Shown: positions 37,976 through 50,424 of the stretch, piece after piece | Numbering within the stretch: position 1 is the stretch's first letter | How the letters are laid out: each line of letters begins with the position of its first letter | DNA from: Mobula birostris | Taxonomy: Eukaryota | Direction: 5' to 3' | Assembly: GCF_030028105.1 (NCBI RefSeq) | Contig: NC_092384.1 | Location: 3,267,665-3,331,664, forward strand | Length of the DNA stretch: 64,000 nt | Notes under the pieces: model-generated | What the model was told of the DNA's origin: nothing | What the model saw: the letters and a program-made list of their open reading frames with translations, nothing else | Databases searched by the model: none | Made by a program: the position numbers and the translations under genes

Positions 37976-38705
37976 TGAAATGCTGCAGGAACTCAGCAGG
38001 CCAGGCAACATCTATGGATAAGAGTACAGGACTGAGAAAATAAATAGATGAGGGTCAGTGTAAGAAGATGGGGGAGGGCAGAAAGGAATACAAGGTCAGA
38101 GGTGAAACCGGGGGTGGACAGGGAAGTGCGAAAGAGAGAGCTGGGAAATTGATTGGTGAAATAGATACAGGCCAGGAGAGGAGGTGATCTGGTAGGAGAG
38201 GACAGAAGGCCATGGAATAAAGACAAGGGGGAGGAGCACCAGAGGAAGTGCTGTGCAGGTAAACAGCTAAGGTAAGAGAGAGGAATGTGTACGGGGATTG
38301 GTGAAGGGCAGAGGTATTGACGGAAGTTCATGAAATCGATGTTTATGTCGTTAGTTTGGAGGATTTCCTGCGGAATATAAGGTGCTGTTCATCCTATCTG
38401 AATGTGGACGCATTGCGACAGGAGAAAATGGCATGGACTGACATGTTCCCCTTCTCCAGCTCTGTATCTCTTTCACCAATCAATTTCCAAGCTCTTTACT
38501 TCACGCCCACACCCCTCCCCCGGTGTCATCTATCACCTTGTGTTTCTTCCTCCCCTCCCTTACCTTCCTACTCTGACATTTTTTTTCTTCTCTGAATATT
38601 TTATCCCCAGTCCTGATGAAGAGTCTTGTCCCGAAAGGTCGACTGTTTACTCTTGTCCATAGATGATGTCTGGCCTGAAGAGTTCTCCAGTATTTTGTGT
38701 GTGCT
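37976..38705. mobile_element. Inverted pair of Penelope-like 3' fragments
   Basis: Minus-strand copy (LQTNDINIDFMNF) then plus-strand copy ending cctgatgaagagtcttgtcccgaaaggtcgac...ttttgtgtgtg. Confidence 0.7.
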
Positions 38706-38889
38706 GTTCCTAGAGGCACATAGTAGTGCAACTCAGAACAGGCCCTTTGAGCCGTCGTGCAACTCTCACTTTCAGGGTTTCATCTCTATCAATTCGATTT
38801 ACCAGCTCTTGTGTCGAGCACTTCTTTGTCTTTGTGATTCACGTGTTTGTATCCATGATTTTTAGGTAACACGAGTACCTGCCGGCGGT

Positions 38890-39760
38890 AATTTATCAGA
38901 CCAAAAGACACACGAGCCGAATTAGGCCATTTGCCCCATCAAGTAACCTTCGCCGTTCAATCATGGCTGATCCTTCTTTTTCCTCCTCAGCCTTTTTTCC
39001 CCGTAACTTTTGATGCTGTGTCCTAACAATAATCTATCAAGCTTTGCGTTGTTACACCCAACGGCCTGGCATCCACAGCTGTCTGCCGTAACAAATTTTA
39101 CAAATTCATCATCGTCTGGCCTAAGGCATTTTTGCGCACCACTAGAGTTTTAAGTAGACGCCCCTCTATTCTTTTGTCCAAGACTCCCCCACAATGGGAA
39201 ACATCCTTTCCATATCTACTTTGTTTAGGCCATTCAACATTCGAAAGGTTTCAATGAGATCTCCCTTCATCCTTCTAAATTCCAGCGAGTACAGACCCAA
39301 ATCCATCACACCTTCCTCGTATGATAATCCTTTCACTCCCTGAACAATCCTCTGAGCCCTCCGCAATGCTTCCTTCGACTAGAAGCCCAGAACTGTTCAT
39401 TATACTGAAGGTGAGGCCTTATCAGTGCCGTATAAAGCTTCAGCATCACATCCCTGCTCTTGTATTGTAGACCATTTGAAATGAATGTTAACATTGCATT
39501 TGCCTCCTCAGCACCGACTCAATCTGCAAGTTAATATTTAGGGTGTTCTGTACAACGACTCCCAAGTCTCGTTACATCTCAGATTTTTGAATTTTCTCCT
39601 CGTTTATAAAATAGTCTGTACATTTATTTCTTCTAAGAAACTGGCTGACCATGCAATTTCCAACACTGAATTTCATTTGCCACTTTCTTGCACATTCTCC
39701 TAATCTGTCTGTCCTTCTGCAGCCTACCTGTTTCCTCAACACTACCTGCCCCTTTTAGTT
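38890..39760 (-). mobile_element. CR1 3' fragment (paralogue at 42440-43055 + 46448-46710)
   Basis: ORF 39166..39366 is RT C-terminal. Confidence 0.85.
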
Positions 39761-40647
39761 TCTAACCAGGTTCTAAATATCCTCAGTATGAGTAACCTCC
39801 GTTTCCGATCCATCCAAACGTCTCACATTTCACCTGTGCTCATGCGTTTGCGATCCGATGACGAATTAACTGTTTGCAGTTCCAGAACATAGTATATGCA
39901 TATTGGAAGACCATAAGCTATCAACCGGATGGATACCGGACTCTACTGGAGGATCGTAACTTTGGCAAAGTACTGCAACCGATTTCATCCGCTAGATATA
40001 AGGCCACGAACGGGTTCAGTACTTTGGGAACTTCGACCTGAAATAAGGGCTTCAATTTGGTAAATTGATACATATCCCTGTACCGCTTAGGTGTACTGCT
40101 TGTTTCTTCTTGTCAAGCAACGGACATTGCAGTTAAAATTCAATCAGGTAAAACAAATTCCAGGTTTGGCACGTTTAGTACTTGGGATTCCGTTACGAAT
40201 AAATAACGTCGACACTTTCCATTTTTCTCGGCGGTGAATCGACTGCGTCGTCCCTATGATAAACCATTTCTGATTTCTTGGTCTCTGCCACGGCGATAGC
40301 GGCATAGCTCCAGTTCCTATGAGGCGGCCTCTGCTTGGTCTGAAAAATCCACATTAGCCGGCATATATCATTGCTTTCATTTTTTAGTCACATTGAGTTT
40401 CATGTTAAATATAGTCCCGAGAACTGCGCAAAATCACCACTGTCTCAAAAGACTACCAACTTACAGTGCTTGTTTCATTACCTGCAAGTATAAATAGTTG
40501 AACTTTTGTGGCGGCTTATCTCTATTTTATCTCTACCTATTCTGCCACATAGATGAATTATACTGTATCCTGTACTAAAAAGATCAACGGTTTGCACAGC
40601 GGACGAAATGCAGAATTAGGGTCATAGTCAACTCATCCACCACCTTA

Positions 40648-40815
40648 CTAAATAGCAGAGCAGTTGGATAGAACGAAATGCTTATACTTGCTCCAAATTC
40701 CCACGTTAATACGTACCTGCGCGTAGACAGTCCTCTCTTGATTCAAGGACCCTGGAACTTTCCGGGATTTGGTAAGATCTAGTGCAGCGTACGGCATCAT
40801 CGCCTCGCTTGTAGA
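40648..40815 (-). CDS. Cytoplasmic terminal exon, distal copy (ITIM-like MPYAAL + ITSM TVYAQV), gene B
   Basis: tttcaatctatgcag|TCT ACA AGC...ATT TAG; open; STSEAMMPYAALDLTKSRKVPGSLNQERTVYAQVRINVGIWSKYKHFVLSNCSAI*. Confidence 0.75.
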   Translation of the reverse strand, partial: STSEAMMPYAALDLTKSRKVPGSLNQERTVYAQVRINVGIWSKYKHFVLSNCSAI

Positions 40816-41687
40816 CTGCATAGATTGAAACACATTTTAAAAGTGCATGAGCCAGAAACGATCAATACACACAAACATACAATGCCGATTATGAATCTCT
40901 ACAGCCTTCATCAACGCACCTGCACGGACAGTAAAAAAGAAAATAACATACATCGCGTCGACAAAGCTCCTCAGTATGATCTTTGATATCCGGTAAATTA
41001 CCTTAATTTCAATACTTGCTTGATGTTCGACTTTACATTCACAAAACGACAACTTCTCGCCAAGAATTAAAAGTAAGTAATAAGTAAGTTCAGCTACAGA
41101 CCATGTTAGTGCTTGCAACGACATACGGTAATTTCAGTTTTTGATTACTAGCTTCACTTAGTCATAAATGAAAAGCCTATTTCCGGCTACATTTTGTAGT
41201 TAAGTCCGTGCCACAAACAGAACTAGCCTGTCACTTTCTTTTGAGGATACAGTACAGAATAGGGAACTGCTATTCCAGCAGTAGTCTGAAGGTACGACCA
41301 GACCGCCCCAGGCAAGGACGGCAGGTATGATCAATATTCATGTCATTGCTCTGGAGTTAAAAGCATCCAATAATAAATCATCTGTTTTGTTGTTAGCAAG
41401 CAAGGTTGTTAGAAAGTGAGTTAAAAATATCAGCCTAGCAAAGTAGGATATAATCTGTTATCAATGTTAACAGACAAAATATATTAGAAACATGAAACAT
41501 TAAAGAAAAAACCTGCAGTGCAATACAGGCCTTTCGGCCCACAAAGCTGTGCCGATCATGTCCCTACCTTAGAACTACCTAGGCTTTACCCACAACCCTC
41601 TATTTTTCTAAGCTGCATGTAGCCATCTAGTAGTCTCTTAAAAGACCCTATCGTTTCCGCCTCCTCCACCGCCACCGGCTGCCCATG

Positions 41688-42250
41688 AAGGGGATTGTGA
41701 AATAAAGAGCTGGGAAGTTTATTGGTGAAAGAAATACAGGCCAGCAGAGGGGGTATTCTGACAGGAGAGGACAGAAGGCCATGGAATAAAGACAAGGGGG
41801 AGGAGCGCCAGAGGAATTGCTGTGCAGGTAAAGATATAAGGTAAGATAGCTGAATGGGTATGGGGATTGGTAAAGGGCAGAGGTATTGACGAAAGTTCGA
41901 GAAATTGATATTTATGTCGTCAGTTTGGAGGCTTCCCAGACGAAAAATAAGGTGTTGTTCCTCCTATCTGAATGTGGCCTCATTGCGACAGGAGAGGAAG
42001 GCATGGACTGACTTTTCCCCTTCTCCAGCTCTGTGTCTCTTTCACCAATCAATATCCAAGCTCTTTACTTCTCCCCCAACTCCTCTCCCCCGCTGTCATT
42101 TATCACCTTGCGTTTCTTCCTCCCCTCCCCTACCTTCTTACTCTAACTTTTTTTTTTCTCTGAATCTCTTTTCCTCAGTCCTGATGAAGAGACTTGGCCC
42201 CAATCATCGTCTGTTTACTCTTTTTCCATAGCATTTTGTGTGTGTTGGTC
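41688..42250. mobile_element. Inverted Penelope-like fragments (duplicate of ~38120-38705)
   Basis: Colinear with 38120-38705; marks the tandem-duplication junction. Confidence 0.7.
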
Positions 42251-43056
42251 CTAGAGTCATATAGTAGTGCAACTCAGAAACAGGCCCTTTGAGCCCGCGT
42301 GCCACTCTCACTTTCAGGGTTTCATTTCTATCGATTCGATTTACCAGGTCTTGTGTCGAACACTTCTTTGTCTTTGCGATTCACGTGTTTGTATTCATGT
42401 TTTTTTTTTTTTTTGCGTAACGCGTGTACTTTATCAGACCATGAGACCATAAGACACAGGAGCCGAATTAGGTCATTTGCCCCATGAAGTAACCTTCGCT
42501 ATTCAGTCATGGCTGATCCTACTTTTTCCTCCTCAGCCATTTCCCCGTAACCTTTGATGTTGTGTCCAAACAATAACCTATCAAGCTTTGCGTTAGTACA
42601 CCCAAAGACCTGGCCTCCACCGCTGTCTGCGGTAACAGATTCTACAAATTCATCATCGTCCGGCCTAAGGCATTTTTCCGCATCTCTGGAGTTCTAAGTG
42701 GCCGCCCCTGTATTCTCTTCTCCAAGACTCCCCCCCACCCCCATGGGAAACATCCTTTCCACGTCTACTCTGTCTAGGCCTTTCAATATTCGAAAGGTTT
42801 CAATGAGATCCCCCTTCATTCTTCTAAATTTCAGCGAGTACAGACCCAGAGCCATCCAACCTTCCTCGTATGATAATCCTTTCACTCCCTAATCATCCGT
42901 GTGAACCTCCTCTGATCCCTATCCAATGCTTCCTTAGGCTAGGAGCCCAGAACTGTTCATTATACTGAAGGTGAGGGTTTATCTGTGCCTTATAAAGCCT
43001 CAGCATCACATTCCTTCTCTTGTATTCTAGACCTCTTGAAATGAATATTAACATTC

Positions 43057-46000
43057 ATGTCTCAGATCGAGTCCAGAGTTTTCTGAGGGGAGAGGGCGAG
43101 CAGCCGGAAGTCTAGGTACATGCTGGTACCAATGACATAGACAGAAAAAGAGAGGAGGTCCTGAAGAAAGATTACTGGGAGCAGGAAGAAAATTGAAAAG
43201 CCGGACCTCCAGAGTAATAATGTCAGGATTGCTGCCTGAGCTGCGCGCTAATGATGGTACGAATAGCAGAATTAAGCAGATGAATGTATGGCTAAGTAAC
43301 TGGTGCAGGGGGAAAGGCTTAAAATTCTTGAATCATTGGGATCTATTTTGGGGAAGGTATGACGTATTCAAAAAAAGATAGATTACACCTAAATCCAAGA
43401 GGTATTAATATCCTGGCAGGATTGTTTAAAATAGCTGTTAGGGAGGGTTTAAACTGAGTTGGCAAGGGGAAGGAAACCAAGGTGTTAGGGTCGAGGAAAA
43501 GGATAATAGAAATAAGTCAAAAATACTGTGCATCAAAGATTGCAAGAAGGACAGGCCGGTGAATATACAGGATAATTTGCTGAAAAATAGAAATATAGCA
43601 AAATCGACAACCGATACTGATCTAAATGTACTGTACTTAAATGCATGCAGCATTAGAAATAAAGAGGATGACCTTACATGCACAGCTGCAGGTTAAAAGA
43701 TATGACAATATGGCCATCACTGAGTCATGGCTAAATGATGAATGTGATTGGGAGCTGGATATCCAAGGATACACAGTGTATAGTAAAGATAGGAAGGTAG
43801 GTAAAGCGGGTGGCGTGGCTCTGATAGTAAGTAACGATATCAAATCAATAGAAAGAAGGGGCATAGGATCAGAAGAGTTAGAACCCTTATGGGTAGAATT
43901 AAGAAATGGCAAGGGTAAAAAAAACACTAATAGCAGTTATATACAGGGCTCCGAACAGCAGCCGGGATGTGGACTACAAGTTGCAGCTGGAAATAGAAAA
44001 AGCGTGTAGAAGGAAAATGTCAAGATAATTATGGGGGATTTTAATATGAAAGTGGATTGGGAAAGTCGGGAACGTAATGAATCTCAGGAGAGGGAGTTTG
44101 TAGAATGCCTACAGGATGGCTTTTTGGAGCAACTTGTCCAGAAGCCCACCAGGGGACCGGCTGTTTTGGATTGGGTGCCGTGTAACGAACCTGAGGCGAT
44201 TCGGGAGCTGGAGGTAAAGGAACCCCTTGGAAGTAGTGATCATAATATGCTTGAGTTCAGTTTCAAACTTGAAAAGGAGAAGCTGGTATCAGGTGTATCG
44301 ATATTTCAGTGGAACAGGGGAAATTACAGTGGTAGGAGAGAGGAACTGGCCCAAGTTAATTGGAAAAGTGAACTAAATGGAGGGACGGCAGAGCAGAATT
44401 GGATGAAATTCCTACAAGAAATAAGGAAAATGCAGGAAAAATATATTCCAAGAAAAAAGAAAATCATGAATGGAAAAATGGCACAAATGTGGCTAACGAG
44501 AGAGGTTAAGGCAAAAATAAAAGCAAAAGAAACGGCGTACAAGGAAGCAAAAATTAGTGGGGAAAATGAGGACTGGAAGACCTTTAAAAACTTACAGAAA
44601 GAAACTAAGAAAGTCATTAGGAAAGAAAAGTTGAATTATGAAAGGAAGTTGGCGATTAACATAAAAAAGGATACTAAGAGTTTTTTTTTAATATATGAAG
44701 AGTAAAAGAGTGACAAGGGTAGATACGGGACCGATTGAAAATGATGTTGGAGAAATTATAATGGATAACAAAGAGATGGCGGAGGAACTGAATGAATATT
44801 TTTAATCAGTCTTCACAGTGAAAGGCATGAGAAATATACCTGATAGCCAGAGGTATCAGGCAATAGAATTAAGTACGGTCAAGATTACTAGAGAGAAAGT
44901 GCTTGGGAAGCTAAGTGGACTAAGAATAGATAAGTCTCCCGGTCCGGATAAGGTGCACCCAAGGGTTCTGAAGGAGGTGGTTTTGGAGATTGCAGAAGCA
45001 TTGAAAATGATCTTCCATGAATCAATAGACTCTGGCATGGTTCCGGACGACTGGACGGTCGCAAATGTAGTTCCGTTATTTAAGAAAAGAAGGAGGCAGC
45101 AAAACGAAAATTACAGACCTATTAGTCTGACGTCGGTAGTTGGAAAGATATTGGAGTCAATCCTCAAGGACGAAGTTATGAAATACCTCGAGGTGCATGA
45201 AAAGATAGGCCGAAGCCAGCATGGTTTCATGAAGGGAAGATCCTGTCTCACCAACCCGTTGGAATTTTTTGAGGTAATCTCGAATAAGATTGACAAGGGC
45301 GAGGCTGTTGATGTTGTGTATTTGGATTTTCAGAAGGCCTACGATAAGGTGCCGCATATGAGGCTGGCTAATAAGATGAGAGCCCATGGAATTATAGGAA
45401 AGATATTGAAATGGATGGAGCATTGACTGATAGGCAGAAAGCAAAGGTTGGGAATAAAGGGATCCTATTCTGATTGTTTGCCAGTTACTAGTGGTGTTCC
45501 GCAGGGGTCGGTGTTGGGCCGCTTCTTTTTACGATGTATATCAATGATTTGGATTATGGATTAAATGGTTTTATGGCTAAGTTTGTGGATGACACCAAGA
45601 TAGGTGGAGGAGCAGGAAGTGTTGAAGAAACGGAAAGATTGCAGGGAGACTTAGTCAGTTTAGGAGAGTGGGCAAAGAAATGGCAGATGAGATACAACGT
45701 TGACAAATGTACGGTTGTACATTTCGGAAGAAGAACTAATCGGACAGATTACTATTTAGATGGGGAGGAAATTCAAAAAACGGAAGTGCAAAGGGACTTG
45801 GGGGAAGCGAATGCTATGTTGGCATTCATTTCAAGAGGAATAGTGTATAAGAGTAAGGAGATGTTGATGAGGCTCTATGGGGCATTGGTGAGACCTCATT
45901 TGGAATAGTGTGCTGTTCGTGACCCCCGTCTTAGAAAGGATGTACTGATGTTGGAGAGAGTTCAGAGAAGATTTTCGAGGATGAATTCTGGAATGCAGGT

Positions 46001-46447
46001 GCTAACATATGAGGAGCGTTTGTCGCTTTGGATTGTATTCATTAGAGTATAGAAGAATGAGAGGGGATCTCATAGAAACATTTCGAATGTTGAAAGGGTT
46101 TGACAGAATCGATGTGGAAAGGTTGTTTCCCTTGGTGGGTGTGTCCAGGACAAGAGGCCATAGTCGTAGAATTAAAGGGTACCCAGTGAAAACAGAGATG
46201 AGGAGATTTTTTTTTTAACCAGAGGGTTGTTGATTTGTGGAATTCGTTTCCACATACAGCTGTGTGGCCCGATCATTGAGGGTGTTTAAGGAGGAGGTTG
46301 ACAGGTATCTAATTAGTCAGGGTATCAAAGGATATGGGGAAAAAGCCGGAAATTGGAACTAGATGGGTGAATAATTTAGCTCATGGGGGAGCTGCGGAGC
46401 AGACTCGATGGGCCGAATGGCTAAATTCTGCTCCTTTGTCTTGTCTT
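43057..46447 (+). mobile_element. Long CR1 LINE (ORF1 SGNH-esterase end, EN, RT, tail) nested in an older CR1
   Basis: ORFs 43193..43381 (SGLLP...NVWL..WC...FLNHWDLFWGR), 44031..44705, 44818..45426, 45534..45908; ttgtcttgtcttg tail; the host CR1 is uninterrupted at ~39490. Confidence 0.93.
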
Positions 46448-47598
46448 GTGATTGTATTTGCCTCCTCAACACCGACTGAACATGCAAGTTAATATTTAGG
46501 GTGTTCTGCACAAGGACTCCCAAGTCCCTTCACATCTCAGATTTGTGGTTTTGCTCCCCGATTATAATATAGTCTGTACATTTATTTCTTCTGCCAAAGT
46601 TCATGACAATACAATTTCCAACACTGAATTTCATTTGCCACTTTCGTGCCCATTCTCCTAATCTGTCTGTCCTTCTGCAGCCTAACTGTTTCCTCAACAC
46701 TACCTGCCCCTTTTAGTTTCTAACCTGTTTCTAAATATACTCAGTATGAATAACCTCCGTTTCCGATACATCCAAACGTCTCACATTTCACTTGTGCTCA
46801 CGAATTGTGATCCGATGACGAATTAACTGTTTACAGATACAAAACATCGTATATGCATATTGAAAGACCATAAGCTATCAACCTGATGGATAGCGGAATC
46901 TACTGGAGGATCGTAACTTTGGCAAAGTACTGCAACCGATTTCATCCACTGGATATAAGGCCACGGACAGGGTCAGCCGTTTGGGAACGTCGGCTTGAAA
47001 TAAGGGCTTCAGTTTGGTAAATTGACACATATCACGGTACCACTTAGGTGTACTTCTTGTTTCTTGTTGTCAAACAAGCGACATTGCAGTTAAAATTCAA
47101 TCAGGTAAAACAAATTCCAGGTTTCGCACGTTTAGTATTTGCGATTCCGTTCCGAATAAATAACGTCGACACTTTGCATATTTCTGGGCTGTGAATTGAC
47201 AGTGTCGTTCTCCCTATGATAAACTATTTCTGATTTCTTGGTCTCTGCCACGGCGATAGGGGCGTAGGTCAAGTTCCTATCAGGCGGCCTCTGCGTGGTC
47301 TGAAAAATCCACATTAGTTGGGAAAAATCATTACTTTCATTTTTTAGTCATACTGAGTTTCATATTAAATATAGTCCCGAGAACTTCCCAAAATCACCAC
47401 TATCTCAAAAGACTACCAACTAACAGTGCTTGTTTCATTACCTGCAAGTATAAATAGTTGAACTTTTCTGGCCGCTTATCTCTATTTTCGCTCTACCTTA
47501 TCTGTCACGAAAATGAAATATACTGTATACTTTAAGAAAAAAAATTCAACGGTTTGCACAGCAGAGGAAAAGCAGAATTAGGGTGAACCATCACTTTA

Positions 47599-47766
47599 CT
47601 AAATAGCAGAGCAGCTGGATGGACGGAAATGCTTATACTTGCTCCAAATTCCCACGTTAATACATACCTGCGCGTAGACCGTCCTCTCTTGATTCACTGA
47701 CAATGGAACTTCCCGGGGTTTGGTAAGATCTAGTGCAGCGTAAGGCACTATCACCTCGCTTGTAGA
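47599..47766 (-). CDS. Cytoplasmic terminal exon, proximal copy (ITIM VPYAAL + ITSM TVYAQV), gene B
   Basis: tttcaatctatgcag|TCT...TAG; phase 0 matches the upstream 38-nt exon; STSEVIVPYAALDLTKPREVPLSVNQERTVYAQVCINVGIWSKYKHFRPSSCSAI*. Confidence 0.85.
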   Translation of the reverse strand, partial: STSEVIVPYAALDLTKPREVPLSVNQERTVYAQVCINVGIWSKYKHFRPSSCSAI

Positions 47767-48973
47767 CTGCATAGATTGAAACAGAGAAATATACACATTT
47801 TAAAAGTGCAGGTGCTAGAAACGATCAGTAAGCACAAACATACAATGCCAATTATGAATCTGTACGGCATTCATCAACGCATCTGCACGGTCTGTACATC
47901 GCGTCGACAAAGCCCCTCAGTATGACATTTGATATGCCGTACATTACCTTAATTTCCATACGTCTTGGTATTGGACTTTACAGTCGCAAAATGACAACTT
48001 CTCGCAAAGAATTAAATGTAAGTAATAAGTAAATTCAGCTACAGACCATGTTAGTGCTTGCAACCACATACGGTAATTTCAGTTTCCGATTACTAGCTTC
48101 ACTTAGTCATAAATGAAAAGCCGGTTTCGGCTACATGCTGTAGTTAAGTCCGTGCAACAAACAGAACTAGCCTGCCACTTTCTTTTGAGGATACAGTACA
48201 GAATAGGGAACTGCTATTCCAGCAGTAGTCTGAAGGTACGACCAGTCCGCCCAGGCAAGGACGGCAAGTATGATCGATATTCATGACATTGCTCTGGAGT
48301 TAAAAGCATCTAATAAAGATCATCTATTTTGTTGTTAACAAACAAGGTTGTTAAAAAGTGAGTTTAAAATATCATCCTAACAAAGTAGGATGTAGTCTCC
48401 TATTAAAGTTAACAGACAGATTATATTAGAAACATCAAACATAAAAAAAAAACTACAGTACAATGCAGACCCTTCGGCCCACGACGCTGTGCCGATCATG
48501 TCCCTACCTTAGAACTACCTAGGCTTTACCCATGGCCTTCTATTTTTCTAAGCTGCATGTAGCCATCTAGAAGTCTGTCAAAAGACCCTATTGTTTCCGC
48601 CTCCACCACCGCCACCGGCAGCCCATTCCACGCACTCTCACTCTCTGCGTAAAAAACTTACCCCTGACATCTCCTCATATTGGATGCTAAATACTTTTTT
48701 TGCTGTCTAGAAGACAAACGCAGAGATTTCTAGTTTCATTGTTACGCGGTTGATAATGCTAAAATTGTCTACAAATTAAGCTGATGGTAATTAGAGGAAG
48801 AAGCGAGTGTCAACTGTCCTGCGGGCGTGGATATCCAATCCGCATCTTGATGATAATATTGTAAACTAATAACAAAATACCCACGACAAAGAACCTGTAG
48901 GTACACATATATATATATATAGTGTATTAGTTATTATGTTTTACATACAATTCAATCGGGTTTGGATACATAC

Positions 48974-49011
48974 CAGGCATTGATCGGATCTGTCTTCCTC
49001 CTTTTCCGTGC
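48974..49011 (-). CDS. Short cytoplasmic exon, gene B
   Basis: ttatttaatttccag|GC ACG GAA...TGC CTG|gtatgt; 38 nt, phase 1-0, bridging the TM and ITIM exons in frame (GTEKEEDRSDQCL). Confidence 0.75.
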
Positions 49012-49687
49012 CTGGAAATTAAATAAGTTAAGAATTAGCATATTGTCATCAAAGACAGAGGCTTCTTCTCGAGTTACTGGACATTACTAAACATTGCAAA
49101 GGAATTACCTCTTTTCCAGTGTTTTTTTTTAATATTAGAATGACTGTTCTGATGTCGACGAATCTTAATGTTGGTTTTTGCCTTTGGGGCTTACAATGCC
49201 GGCATGGAAAGAGAATTCGTCTGCAAAGTTTCTGCGAGCGCCAGTGTCTCCCCGAATGCCGGAGTTCAGCATTAATGAATTCTCAGTCACCAAAAATGCG
49301 CTGTGCATACTAAGTAAATGAGAGAATTCCTTATATATTAAATTGGAGGATAATTTCTTACGTTGAGTTACAACTTCCAGTTCTTTTAGACGATCATTTG
49401 TTTTTGACCAATTCAAGCTAAATTCATCAGGACTTAGTGATCATTAACGCAAAACCTTAGTTAATGATAGAAGGTGAACATGCTGAGGTCTCAAAGCCAA
49501 TTATCTCTTAGGTAATGACGGAAAGAGTGAAATACGCTTACGAAGAAAGTATCTTTCTGGATTTTCAAAAAAGGTGAAACGCTACCTAAAGAGTAAATCA
49601 GTTGGTGACAGTTTGGAGTCTTTAGCAGAATGATCATCAGAACTTGGGAAAGAATGCCGAAGGAAACGTAACTGCACAAAGTGAGCA

Positions 49688-49853
49688 GTGACGGTCAGTA
49701 CAACTGGGACCAACATAACTACTCATAGTGCCAAGTGATGGTCAGTACAACTGGGACCAACATAACTACTCACAGTGCCAAGTGACGGTCAGTAGAATTG
49801 GGACCAAATAATTACTCATAGTGCCGAGTGAGGGTCAGTACAACTGGGACCAA
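49688..49853. repeat. ~47-bp minisatellite, ~3.5 copies
   Basis: Unit gtgacggtcagtacaactgggaccaacataactactcatagtgccaa. Confidence 0.9.
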
Positions 49854-50424
49854 TGATGTTAGTAGTTAGACTCGGAAGCAAACAGAGAGCTCTAAATTTG
49901 TATGTGACACAAATTTGAGAGAGATCCTCAGTACTGAGAACATTACAGCGGGTTATCAGAATCTTGATAAACTGATTAAACATGCGCGATGGTGGATTTC
50001 AACCGAAGGGACCAGAAGATCGTTCATTACTTGGAACGTGCGAATCCTATGGTCGAAGAGTGTAGGGGTCTCGGTGCATAAACGCACGACAATTTTACAC
50101 TACGTCTCTGGTGGGCAAGACCGTAAAACTCAGGTTTAGAGAGCCAAGGCTGAAAAGAGGGACATTATGCGAAACATGACTGCATCTCACTCAGAGTGAC
50201 CAGTATAACGGCCTGTGTAGAAAAATAGGGCTCAAACACGTTTTTTTTTTGTTTTTGTTTTTGTTTTTGAAACTATTTGCAGTAATCGTAAAAGAAATGT
50301 AAGGACATCCATTACAGATTGAGTCTCCTTTCTCATAACAAGGACGAGGGATGGCATAATAAGTGTCTTAAAATTTTACGAAATTATTAGGGAATTCGAT
50401 ATAGGAAGATTAAACATAACACCA

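Noticed and set aside
47947-47975. Possible small exon ending AAG|gtaatg (paralogue ~41001-41030)
   Set aside because: 28 versus 29 nt in the two copies, weak acceptor, and not needed for the frame
49688-49853. CRISPR-like appearance of the repeated 47-mers
   Set aside because: Contiguous units with no unique spacers, no cas genes, and eukaryotic context
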